Source of the DNA: Chiloscyllium plagiosum
Taxonomy: Eukaryota
Direction: 5' to 3'
Assembly: GCF_004010195.1 (NCBI RefSeq)
Contig: NC_057719.1
Location: 14,258,364-14,322,363 of the forward strand
Length of the DNA stretch: 64,000 nucleotides
Of the stretch, positions 23,928 to 35,694 are shown one piece after another (position 1 is the first letter of the stretch; each line of letters starts with the position of its first letter). The translations under genes and the position numbers were made by a program. The notes beneath the pieces were generated by a model. It saw nothing but the letters and a program-made list of their open reading frames with translations, ran no database searches and was not told the origin of the DNA.

Positions 23928-24269
23928 AATCTGCGTCAGGATGCTGACTGATATCCATCCTGAGTATTTCAGATTTTTTTTAATTCAAGAGCTAATGGTG
24001 AGTTTTTTTTCCCCCAAAATTCAGTATTTAACTTTTTTTTCATTAAATTGTGTATGCATGTCAGGGTTTATTTAGGAAGGAGAATATACTTTCATATTTC
24101 AAATTTTGTCTTAATCAACTTTATAACTTGGCTGAATAATTCCTGATTTCACAACAGACAAATGATTTTATTGCTTATTCGCAAAACCTGGTTGATGGAT
24201 CTTATTATCCTAAAGCTTGTCCCCATCCCACCTGACGAGCACCTCTTCTAATGTTCAAAGCCTCTACAG

Positions 24270-24455
24270 TAGACAGGCAGAAGGCTGGAAGAACACAGCA
24301 AGCCAAGCAGCATTAGAAGGTGGAGAAGTTGATGTTTCAGGTGTAACTCTTCTTCAGGACTTCCTTCACCTCCTGATGCTGCCTGACTTGCTGTGCTCTT
24401 CCAGCCTCCTGACTGTCTATGTTGGATTCAAGCATCTGCAGGTTTTTTTGGTTAT
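24270..24455. mobile_element. Palindromic Penelope-terminal-repeat element (family A variant)
   Basis: Inverted arms agacaggcagaaggctggaagaacacagcaag / cttgctgtgctcttccagcctcctgactgtct. Approximate TSD aa(g/a)cct(c/g)tacag. Confidence 0.75.
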
Positions 24456-24944
24456 AAACCTGTACAGGCAGTCATGTGGTTGCAAATAGGATCTGTTCTG
24501 GAGTCTCTCACAAGTGAATTTGTTTGCAAGTCGGAGTACATTTCAGGAAAGCGTAAGTACAGAAGAATATTTATTTTTTGGGTCTTTAAATTTTAAAACT
24601 ATGTATGAGATCACATTTTGTAAGTATGAACATTTGTATGTCAGATGTTTGTAAATTGGTGAGCCCGCTGTACATCCTCCACTACACATGCACAATGGCA
24701 GCCAATATGTACCTTCCATTAGATGCAGCACAACAAGATGCCAAAGTTGTTGTGACAGATCCTTCCAAACCTCTGATCTCTACCTGACTTGAAGAATAGA
24801 ACAGCAAATGGATGTAAAAACCATCCTGACATGGTACTGTATCATCATGTCTTCACTGTTGTTGGATCAAAATCATGAAACACCTCCCCCCACCAACCAC
24901 ACCCGCCCCCCCCCCCCCCCCCCCCTCAACACACACACAGACAC

Positions 24945-24986
24945 NNNNNNNNNNNNNNNNNNNNNNNNNNNNNNNNNNNNNNNNNN
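24945..24986. other. Assembly gap (42 N) next to poly-C and (AC)n
   Basis: Run of N. Confidence 0.99.
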
Positions 24987-26249
24987 ACTATAGCAACTCA
25001 AAATGATGGTTCACCAGAGTTACTCGGGAACTGGTCTTGCAAGTGATGCTCATAACCCAAATGAAAACAAAACTGGGTTTGCTGACTGACCATTTACATT
25101 GCTAGGACTTACTAGTGATAAAATTCAAGACTTCTAGGTCTCTTACATTTTACTTTTATTTATTGCAGCATTATTTGCTGCTTATTTTCTCTACTGTGTG
25201 CAAAACAGGAGTCCACTGCCTTGCACTTAATTTCATCTGTCACTGCTTAGCTCAGGAATTTGCCCAGACCATTACATGATTTCTTGTTTGTAGTAATTGA
25301 TTCCATTAATCCTCATCATCGTGAGCTGAGACCTGAGCTGGGATCCAGATTGGAGAAGGGCGAGAGAGAAAGAGTGAGAGCGCGAGAGAGAGAGAGCAGG
25401 AAAGTGCCTTGATTTGGAAACAGGAAAAGCCAAAAAGCTGACCACACTTATTATATGCAATTTATCCTTATTTTTGCAGCATGTACAGCATGCAATCATG
25501 TTATTAAACATGTGATCTGACCATTTTGGTAACTGTCCATCTTCCTAAGTGCACTTCAACAAATGATAGATATTCTGTTTTCTTGTTATTCGTCAGTAAC
25601 TCAAATTGAGTAATGTACTTGAGAAGCTCAAACAAGCTTCTTAACAGTTTAGATTACAATTTGTAGTGACTGATAACTATGTATGTATCTCCTGCTATTC
25701 TGCTCCATGCTGGGCTGAACTTGGCAGTGGGCTGTATGGATTATACCTCGGTCCTGGGCTTATTAGCATTTAAAGCAGCACAGCTCCTGAGCTACGAACA
25801 ACATCCACCTTTTCGCCCCCAGTATAATTATTTTTAACTCATTCACTGGCTGGACCAGCATTTATTGCCCATCCCTAACTGCCCAGAGGCAGTTAAGAGT
25901 CAACCACATTACTGTGGGTCGAGTCAAATGTGGGCCAGACCAGGTAAGGATGGCAGTTTCCTTCCCTGAAGGACATTAATGAAACAGATGGATTTTTCCA
26001 ACAATTGACATGGTCATCATTAATCTTTTCATTCTAGGTTATTATTGAATTCAACTTTCACCATCTACCATGGCAGGATTTAAAAACAGGTCCCTAGAAT
26101 ATCACTTTTGTCTCAGAAACAGCAGTCCAGCAATAATACCATTAGGCCATCATCTTTCCTTGGATGATAATAATACATAGGCAGGGTGAAAATATGTATA
26201 TGCTACCATAGTTACAAATCTACTTATACAGAAGCAACAGTACAAACAT

Positions 26250-27300
26250 TTACGAGTTGAAGTGTGGAGATGAAGTACTGGTGCTTTGACAGTCCTTCTG
26301 GATATTGTGATGGTGAAACCTTTGGGAGATTTATATTTCATTCTAGGGCATCCTTGACTTGGGCATCTTGGTCTGTTGCTGTCACCTTGGTTGTCCATTG
26401 TTCAAGCTTACTTCTGTGTGTTGTTTGTTCATATTTGGCATATTGCACAGAGTCGCTTTACTTAGTTTCTGTTTCTCTCAACATTGCTTCATTAGTTTTG
26501 AGATTTCATGGAATCTAAGTTCATTTCGATATCTCTGCGGGTAACCATGACTTTCAGGTTCGTCTTCTTTCAAGACGTTGCACGGCAGGATACAAGTTTG
26601 TGTTGACAATACTTGTTTGAGTGGCTCAGATGCATGTAGACCACCTTGCTGCGATATATATGGGACCGTCTTCTCTTCCAACTTCTTTTAATGATGATGC
26701 CTTGTTGAAAAACTAGGTATGCATAGTGCCAGGGAGTTTTAAAAAAGGAGGCATTTCTGCAGATCTTCTTTATCTTGGGAAGTAGGCATATATCTTAGCT
26801 CTATAACATTGCCTGTGTCAGGACATATCCTATAACTTGAACAGATGGAGTCAAAAAAGTTGTGACCTGCATTCATTTGGTACTCCTTGCCGTTGAAGAC
26901 AAATTCTTCAGGATATCATTGGTGAGTGTAAATTTAAGTCGTGCATTTTATTGGTTTAGCCCATCGCCGAAATATTATCAGGAAGACAAACTCATCCAGG
27001 GATATTTTCTGTAATTCCATCTCTAACATCCTGGAACATCTTGAGTGACAGACAGATTGAAAGGTAATCTCTGGAAGCAAATCCCCCATATGGCGCGCTG
27101 AAAACAGTGATTTCCTGAGATCGCATTGCCAAATCAGATAAGAAATATCTTTGTTTGGCATTGAGCTTGTCAAGAATTTAACTTCTGTGAATTTGGGATT
27201 CAATTACTCCAATGTCAGAAATTTGTATGGGCATCTCTTTACAGGAATGTTTAGATATCTGGGGTTTAAACACGCTCCGAGTGTACCACCTTTCCCCAGC
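26250..27300 (-). mobile_element. Degenerate, internally deleted Ty3/Gypsy pol
   Basis: Minus strand: GTLGACLNPRYLNIPVKRCPY..TLE*LNPKF, RLPFNLSVTQD, ENIPG*VCLPDNISAMG (decayed YxDD region), PDTGNVIELRYMPTSQDKEDLQK, then ITISRRTVKAP (integrase tail). Confidence 0.8.
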
Positions 27301-27409
27301 ATGCACATAATAGAACTACATTAAGTTTTTCACTTTACTCTTAAGCTTCTCCTGTATATGAAACACTGCACTTTCTTGACAAGCTTTTTGACAGAACTGC
27401 ACCATCTTC

Positions 27410-27865
27410 TTCACGAATGTAATGTAATACTCCCCACTTGCCCAGATAAGTGCAGCTCCAACAACACTCAAAGCTTGACACCATCCAAAACAAATCTGGC
27501 ACCTTGATTGGCACCACATTCACTCCCTCCATATCAATGCTCAGTAGCAACTGTGTGTACCTGTCTATAAGATGCACTGCAAACATTCATCAAGGCTCCT
27601 TATACAGCACTTTTCTAACACATGGCCAGTACCACGAGAAAGACCAAGACAGCAGATACATAGAAACACCACCACCTGGAAATATTTTGCCATTCCTTCA
27701 GTGTTGCTGTGTCAAAATCCTGGAACTTCACTCTTAATAGCATTACAGGTGTACCTGCATCAAATGGACTGCAGTGGTTCAAGAAGGCAGCTCACCACCA
27801 CCTTCTCAATGGTAACTATGGATGAGCAATAAATAGTGCTTACCCACACCCCATGAATGAGTAAG
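27410..27865 (+). mobile_element. CR1/L2-type LINE 3' fragment
   Basis: YSPLA...KLDTIQNKSGTLIGT. Same family as 5825-6380. Confidence 0.75.
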
Positions 27866-28701
27866 TGGCCGAGAGAAACCAAGCCATGCGACAATGCAGA
27901 GATTAGAAAGTCACTCTACTGATTTCTCAAGATTTTATTGCAGAAGCAATTGGATCCAAAATATTCCTCTGCTTAAACGCAGTTTAATAGAGATCAAAAG
28001 AGTCAATAACATCTGTCAAAAAACATATAATGGGTTAAATGCCAAACAACACTGCCATTTTTAAAAACTTAATTCATTGGATGTGGGCCTTGCTGACTAG
28101 ACCAGCATTTCTTACCCATCTCTAATTGCCCAGAGGGCAGTTGAGAGTCAACCACATTGCTGTGGGTCTGGAGTCACATGTAGGCCAGACCAGGTAAAGA
28201 TGGCATCTTCTGTTCCTTGCAGGACATTTAGTGAATCAGATGGGGATTTTCCCAACAATTGACAATGGACTCACGGTCATCATTAGACTTTTAATTCCAG
28301 ATTTTAAAAATTTAATTCAAGTTCCACTATCTACTGTGGCAGGACTTGAATCCATGTCCCCAGAACATTACCTCAGTAATTGGATTAACAGTCCAGCAAT
28401 AATACAACTAGGATATCACCTCCCCTCCCACCTGATATGATGCTTCTCTAAAATGTTTTGGAGTTGCAATTTTTCAAGGAATGTCGCCCTGCATATGTAA
28501 TCAGGTGAGATGCTAATCCTAATCGCCACGGAAGAAGCAGATCCATAAATGTTGGATGGATGCAAAAAAAAACTTGATAATCACAATGTGTATTTAAAAG
28601 GAATATGTTTACTTTTATGCAACTCAAGTTAGTGCACTTTGGCAGGAAATCAAAGGAAAATTCAATGAAGGAGAATCACGCTATTAACATAGCCTACAAA
28701 G

Positions 28702-28871
28702 CAGGAGAGGTGGTACTGCAGATGCTGAAGATTAGAGTCAAGATTAGAATGGTGCTGGAAAAGCACAGCCGAGGAGCAGGAATCCTGATGAAGGGCTTTT
28801 GCCCGATACGTCGATTTTCCTGCTCCTTGGATGCTGCCTGACCTGCTGTGCTTTTCCAGCACCACTCTAAT
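28702..28871. mobile_element. Palindromic Penelope-terminal-repeat element (family A)
   Basis: Inverted arms. TSD catagcctac(a/g)aag at 28688-28701 and 28872-28885. Confidence 0.82.
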
Positions 28872-29724
28872 CATAGCCTACGAAGTGCAGGTTGAACCAC
28901 TGGAAACCCAAAAAGAGGCAGTAAACCAGCAAGATAGCTGAATGTAAAATACTGCAGATCTTGGAAATCTGGAACAATCTCAGCGAATGTGGAGGACCTC
29001 ATCAAGCCTGGTAGCTTCAAAGGACAGAAAAAAAAAGAGCCATTTCAGACCCCTGGGTTGTTGTGCAGTAAAGAGAGAGGCTTCAAGTCGGAGTGTATCA
29101 AGTCAATCAGGTCAGATTGAAGCTGCATGAACAACACTAATCTTCATCTCCCAGCGTTCAATAAAATGTTCGGTCCTAATTTTGAAGACATTGAAGTTTC
29201 ACAATGCTGAAAGAAACAATGTTAAGCATGAACTCCCTGAATGTCTTTGGTGATGGAGCCATCATAATTTGAAAGTCCTTAAAAAAGATGATTCTTGAAT
29301 GGGAAAGGAAACAAGAATATAGGTAAATGTTATAGCAACTATCCTGAAGTTCCCAGTGTATTTGACAAAGAAGATCTGAGGGTCTACAGCTGGACGTGAA
29401 GGTCCTTCAGGTGAATCTCAACTCCAAGTCTCAAACAATTAATCTGCCAACAGAACCTGCAGATAACTTGTCAGTCAACAAGAGCACATCAACTTCGGTA
29501 AAAAGGAAAACAAAAGAAGGGGAGGCAGACTTCAACAATATGAAAGCTAATTATGAAAAGATAATGAAACTAGAAATGTGTTTGGAAAACACAGACCATT
29601 AATGCATTTGCTGAGATTACAAACCACGAAGACACAAAAGTAAGCTGAAAAGAAAAGCCGATGCAGAGGTCTTATTAAAAAAAAGGCTTCTCTCAGCCCC
29701 AAACTCAAACCAGGCAGCTTTGTT

Positions 29725-30605
29725 TTTAAATTCATTCACAGCATGTGACAACCACTGGCTGAGCTAACATTTATTGCCCATCCCTAATTGCCTGGAAGGC
29801 AGTTAAGAGTCAACCACATTGCTGTAGGTTAGAAATCACATGCAGTCCAGACCAGATAAGGATAGCAGATTTCCTTCCCTCAAAGACATTAGTGAACTCC
29901 CCTAACAATGGACAATGGTTTCATGGCCTTCATTAGACTCTTATTTTCATTGAATTCAAATTCTAACATTTATGATGGTGGGATTCAAACCCAGATCATC
30001 AGAGCATTATCTGGGATTCTGGATTAACCAGAATAGTGGTATTATTATTCAGTAATAATACCATTCAGCCATCATCTACACAGATACAGTCTGATTCTAC
30101 ATATAAAACAGTAAAAGGATCAGTATGACTTTGCAAACCTAGACTCGATTTGAGGAAAAGAAAGAGTTAGTTTGTAATTTGCCAAATGTTCAAAGATTTG
30201 TTTGCTTTTGAAGGTATATGGATAGACCACCTATTAACAGTTTATTTTTAAAAGGTTTATAAAATAGGGAAGCAGTGTTGAGTTTGTGATGATGTGATTA
30301 AATGTGTGATTTGGCCACCTTGGTTTCTGCCAGCATTTACTAATGTCTCCTATAATATGAGGGTGCCAGAATTGAAAGATAAATCACAGAACAGGTTGTT
30401 TGGAAAGTTTTATGTTGGAGAAGAGTATCAGGGCCTGTGTTAGGTCCCAGTGATCAGAATGGAAAGGATGTTGATCGCAAAAGTTGAGGAACTCTTCAAT
30501 GAAATCTGTGGGGAAGTTCCTGTGAGGCCAAGAGTGTATTACCAGCAGAAAGGATTGTCCGTGTTTTCCAAGGAGGCTGCATTTTAAAAATATTTTTAAA
30601 TCAAG
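29725..30605 (+). repeat. Local duplication, copy 1 (copy 2 at about 33290-34325; partial copy 3 at 34326-34495)
   Basis: Colinear non-SINE sequence such as gaggaaaagaaagagttagtttg.aatttgccaaa and gggtgccagaattgaaagataaat in both copies. Confidence 0.9.
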
Positions 30606-31529
30606 TCACTGCAGAGGATTTCTTACAGTCAGGCAACTTTTTGAACAGTAGCCAATGCAGTAGTACTTGCTTTATTCTTAAGGCACTACCTAAATGAAAT
30701 ATGTTGCTGATAATTTTGAATGATTGAATATAAAAGCCTTTTGGTTTGTTCAAAAAGAACATCTGATTTAGGATCACATTTAAACAGGCTTCAAATAAAT
30801 ATTAATATTGACTCATGCAGTACATATTAAACATGCCAGAGCAATTTGTGACTTTATACCTAGTAGAATAAACTATATATCCTACCATGCCTAAAAGACA
30901 ATGACTATTTTTATGGACATGCAATTATTAAAAGCAGTTTCATTGTCAGTTTTCTTTTTTTTTTAAGGAGTGCATCCTCTAAAGGATTTATTACGGCGCT
31001 CAGGGAATATTATGAAACTAGTTCAAGAAAAAAATATCCTGTTTTGTTAATCTCATACTGCTGAAAACTCACCCAAAATAAATCTGAAGTAGGAGAACAC
31101 ACACTGCAGTAGCACATCTGTTACACTCCCCCAGTTTTTTTAGTTTGAATTGTTGACCTCTTGCAGCATATGATCCAATATGTGACTGTACGATCAACAA
31201 CATCTGTTTGAAATTTCTAAAAGAATAGGTAACTGGGGGACTGAGGCGTACAGCCTTATTGATGAAGATGAAACACATATAAGTATTAATGCCAATGAGG
31301 AAACAAAACCAGGAAGGATATTATGCAGGATGTGCAGCAGTCATCAGTAGGTATCAAACATCTGGTACATTGTTTGACAGCAGTCTTTTAAATCTGAATC
31401 TAGTCCGTGGTACTGCTGAGCTAAGAACAAGCAAAATCCTGCTATGCAAAATTCAAATGCATCAATTCCAATTACTAGATTTTCTTCCATACAGATACAA
31501 TTCATTTCTAGTGAAACTATGGTTTGTCT

Positions 31530-31860
31530 GGCATCGTGTCCTCCTGGCATGAGCCACACCCTCCTGGCATGGCATGGTGATCTCGTGGCGTGACGCCCTC
31601 CTGGTATTGTGTGGTGACCTCCAGGCCTGGTGCAGCAGTCTCCTCCCGTGTCGTGGTGCCAGCGCAGTGTGGAGCTAGGGCCTGGTGCGGACTGGAAGCT
31701 AAGCGTCAGCGTGGTCTGCTGTACTGAGCTTTTATTTCCAGAATGTTGGACATTTTATTTCTGTATTGTCTAAAAACTTGTAACTAAAGAAGCTGTGCCA
31801 AGTACTTTTGTATCTATGTTGGCGCTATATACTCATTGAGAATATGTGACAATAAAGGTT
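31530..31860 (+). mobile_element. GC-rich degenerate tandem repeat (ctcctggc units) plus retroposon-like 3' end
   Basis: Repeated ctcctggca/t. Ends tgtgacaataaa. Similar ends on minus strand at about 38485 and 53765. Confidence 0.45.
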
Positions 31861-33001
31861 AGTCTACATGAAGGAATGTCAAGGGCAAATTCAGTTCTAC
31901 TGTGCCTGGAGGCCATTACACATCTATTTTATATGGGGCTCAGTTGAGGCTTCTCCCCCTATAAGATAAGATGTTCCAGCTTCAACAAATCAGAAGCTTC
32001 TCAGTCCTCCCAGGCCCATGGGGAGAGATGGCAACTGCTGGGATTCCAACAGTGCTCAAAACAGTGACAACAAAACAGGCTTGAAGTTCCAGGGCCAGTA
32101 TCAGGGCCAGTCTTAGGTCTCAGTAATCAGAATGGAAAGGTTGTTGATTGCAAAGGGCTGAGGAACTCTTCAGTTAAATCTGTGGGTCACCCCGAGGTGT
32201 ATTACCAGCAAATAGGAAGCACTTATGACTTGCTGGTAGTATCTCTGATCCAGGAGGTCCAGAGTTCAAGTCCCACCTGATCCAGAGGCATGTAATAACA
32301 TCTTTGAACAGGTTGATTGGAAAATATTTAAAAAAGTTTACCAAACTGCTGCAGTTATTGAAGTAATGGTTTCCTTCCAAACAAGACCTTGTGAATAGTG
32401 TGGCGACTTGATGGTTCATAGTGCTGTATAATTATCATGACCAAAGTTCTATCTGATAGATGCACGCAATTACCTAATAAAGGAATAATCTTGTTCTGTT
32501 GACCCGTTTGTTGGCTGAATCTTTAGCCAAATGCTTAATGTGGAGCATTTGTCCAAATAGTCTCCACCTGCACTATGAATTATTGGCAGATAAGGAATGT
32601 TAGAAGTAATTTCTGCCGATTTGAAAATGAAATTGGAGACTTAGTCCAATTTTAAAAGATTTTATCTTTCAAGATCTTGTTTGCTGTAAAGTTCAAATTA
32701 CAAAATTTATCTGAGCTCTTTTAAATACATTAGAAGTCAATTTTTGTTTATTTTTCCTTACTGATATCATAAGAATAGACTTTGTTTTGGTGCACATTTC
32801 AAATCTTTTACAGAGTAATATAACAAATACAGGACTGCAATGGCATAAAACTATCAGATTAAATCCACCTTCAAACCACAAGTTCAATAGCAATAACTAT
32901 AAAACTATCAATTTCACTGCCTTTTTTTTGATGCAGCTGTCAGATTTGTGACTAATTATTGAGAAGTGTCAATGGCACACAGTTTATTTTAGGAATCTTA
33001 C

Positions 33002-33121
33002 CTACACATCGTCCATTCATTGCTTTGTATCCAACTGAACAGCTGACACATTCAAAGGAACCCAGAGTATTGATACACTCTCCAGTAGGACATGTATTGG
33101 GACTACTGCATTCATTAATAT
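33002..33121 (-). CDS. LTBP2: LTBP2 exon: cbEGF (DINECSSPNTCPTGECINTLGSFECVSCSVGYKAMNGRCV)
   Basis: 120 nt, acAG/GTAAGA, phase 1-1. C4-x-x-C5 spacing and GxCV end as in the corresponding LTBP2 module. Confidence 0.93.
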
Positions 33122-33339
33122 CTGTGGGATTAATCAAAAACTGAGCTCAGGTTTTTCCATTTAAAACCAGCTTGACGAAGTGACTGAATTATGTATCTGT
33201 TCAAGCCACAGCCCGGGGAGGTTTTGTTGTAAAAGCATTTAAATTGTGTCACAGTAAAAGCTAAGAACAGAAAAACATTACCACATTTTTTTCACTTATT
33301 CATGGGATGTGGGTATCACTGGTGAGGCCAGCATTTATT

Positions 33340-33650
33340 TGATTAGATTAGATTCCCTACAGTGTGGAAACAGGCCCTTCGGCCCAACCAGTCCACACCG
33401 ACGAGTAACTCACACAGACCCACTTCCCCTCTGACTAATACACCTACACTATGGGCAATTTAGCATGGCAAATTCACATAACCTGCGCATTTTTGGATTG
33501 TGGGAGGAAACTGGAGCACCCAGAGGAAACCCATGCAGACAAGGGGAGAATGTGCAAACTCCACACAGACAGTCGCCTGAGGCTGGAATCGAACCTGGGA
33601 CGCTGGTGCTGTGAGGCAGCAGTGCTAACCACTGAGCCACCGTGCCACCC
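33340..33650 (-). mobile_element. HE1-type SINE nested in a Deu SINE
   Basis: Interrupts the Deu SINE of duplication copy 2 only. Confidence 0.9.
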
Positions 33651-35039
33651 CAAATTGCCCAGAAGGCAGTTAAGTGTCAACCACACTGCTGTGGGTCTGG
33701 AGTCACATGTAGGCCAGACCAGGTAAGGATGGCAGATTTTCTTCCCTTACGGCTATTGGTGAAATCCCCAAACAATGGACAATGGTTTCATGGTTTGCGT
33801 TAGACTCTTAATTCTAGATGTTTTATTGAATTCAAATCCACCTTTTGCGATGGTGGGATTCAAACCCAGCTCAGCAGAGCATTATCTAGCATTCTGGAAT
33901 AACAGCTCTGTAATAATACAATTAAGCCATCATCTACCCAGACACAGTCTGGTTCAACACATAAAACAGTAAAAGCATCAGTAAGACTTTGCAAACCGAG
34001 TTGAGGAAAAGAAAGAGTTAGTTTGCAATTTGCCAAACGTTCAAAGATTTATTTGCTTTTTAAAAGTATACGGATAGACCACCTATTAATGGTTTATTTT
34101 TAAAAGGTTTATAAGTGTTGAGTTTGTGATGAGGTAATTAAACATGTGATTTGGCCACCTTGGTTTCTGCCATCATTTACTAATGTCTCCTTTAATATGA
34201 GGGTGCCAGAATTGAAAGATAAATTATAGAACAGGTTGTTTGGAAAGTTTTAGGTTGGAGAAGAGTGGTGTATGGATTCTCCTTGTTCTCCAAGGAGGCT
34301 GCATTTTAAAAATATTTTTAAATCTATTTGCTTTTGAAGGTGTATGGATAGACCACCTATTAACAGTTTATTTTGAAAATGTTTATAAAATGGGGAAGCA
34401 GTGCTGAGTTTGTGATACCATTTGGCCACCTTGGCTTCTGTCCCTCTTTACAAATGCCACCTATAATACGAGTGTGCCGGAAGTGAAGGATAAATGTCTG
34501 GAGACATATAGGCCAGAACAGGTAAGGATGGCAGATTCCTTCCCTAACGGACTTAGGGAGTCAGATGCGGTTTTCTGAAAATTGTCAATGGTTTCATGTT
34601 CATCATCAGGCTTTACCATCACCATCCACCACAGTATGATTTGAAATTGGGTCCCCAGAACATTATCTGGGTCTCTGGAAAAACAGTCCAGCAATAATCC
34701 CACTAGACCATCCACAATTTGCACAATGTCTACAAGTTCAGATTTTGAAAGACCAAAGGAATCTAATTTTGCAAACTACATTGCAACGGCATCATGCCAT
34801 AATGTCCAAATCTTGCTGGGTCAGTCAACCTTGTGATGTGCCAAACCCTTACCTGATGTCATCCATCAAGGTTTTTGAGCTGCTACTTTTGGTCAAACAT
34901 ACAGCGGCTGCCCAGTTTATGAACATTTAACTTATAATGCAATCCCACATGGTGGGGGGGGAGGAGGTGTAATTTTAAAAGAGAAGACATACAAATATTT
35001 CCTGTATTTATGAGTAGCTGTTTTACATTATGAGTAACA

Positions 35040-35300
35040 TGGGCTCAGTCGGTGACTGTCTGTGTGGAGTTTGCACATTCTCCGGTGTCTGTCTGCCAAC
35101 CTCTACGTGCTCCGGTTTCCTCCCACAGTCCAAAGATGTGCAGGTTAGGTGGATTGGCCACGCTAAATTGTCAACAGTGTTCAGGGATGTGTAGGTTGCT
35201 GCATTAGTCACAAGTTAAATGTATGGGAATGGGTCTGGGTGGGTTACTCTTTGGAGGGTCACTTGTTGGGCCTGATTCCACACTGCAGGGGAATCTGATA
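35040..35300 (+). mobile_element. HE1-type SINE (5' deleted)
   Basis: HE1 body and tail. Confidence 0.8.
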
Positions 35301-35694
35301 GAAAAATTCTAATCATCCTGCAGTGTTCTGACTTGGGAACAAATTGACGTGCAAATGCATTTCACAACGGATCCCATCCATCGACTGACTGTATATTTTA
35401 TTGTACCAGATTTCTTAATTTTTAGCTTCTTGATTGATAAAACATTGCATCATTAAAGAAAAGTCCATTATTTGCGCAAGGAGGTGTAAACTGGACAAAG
35501 CAATGTCTGCTTTGTCTGTACTGTCAAACAATTTATCTGAGTAGATACATAGTTGTGATTGTGACAATGAGAAAGGAAAAGCCTGTTCAAACTTTCCGAA
35601 CTCTAATATCCAAAGGGAAAAATGTGGCAGAAACCAGTGAATCTAAAGCAGAGAAATCAGATGAGTGATGAAGGATACTGTGATATACAAGGTG

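Noticed and set aside
31530..31660. CRISPR-like repeat-spacer pattern
   Set aside because: Short degenerate units with related spacers in a vertebrate intron, so a minisatellite-like repeat.
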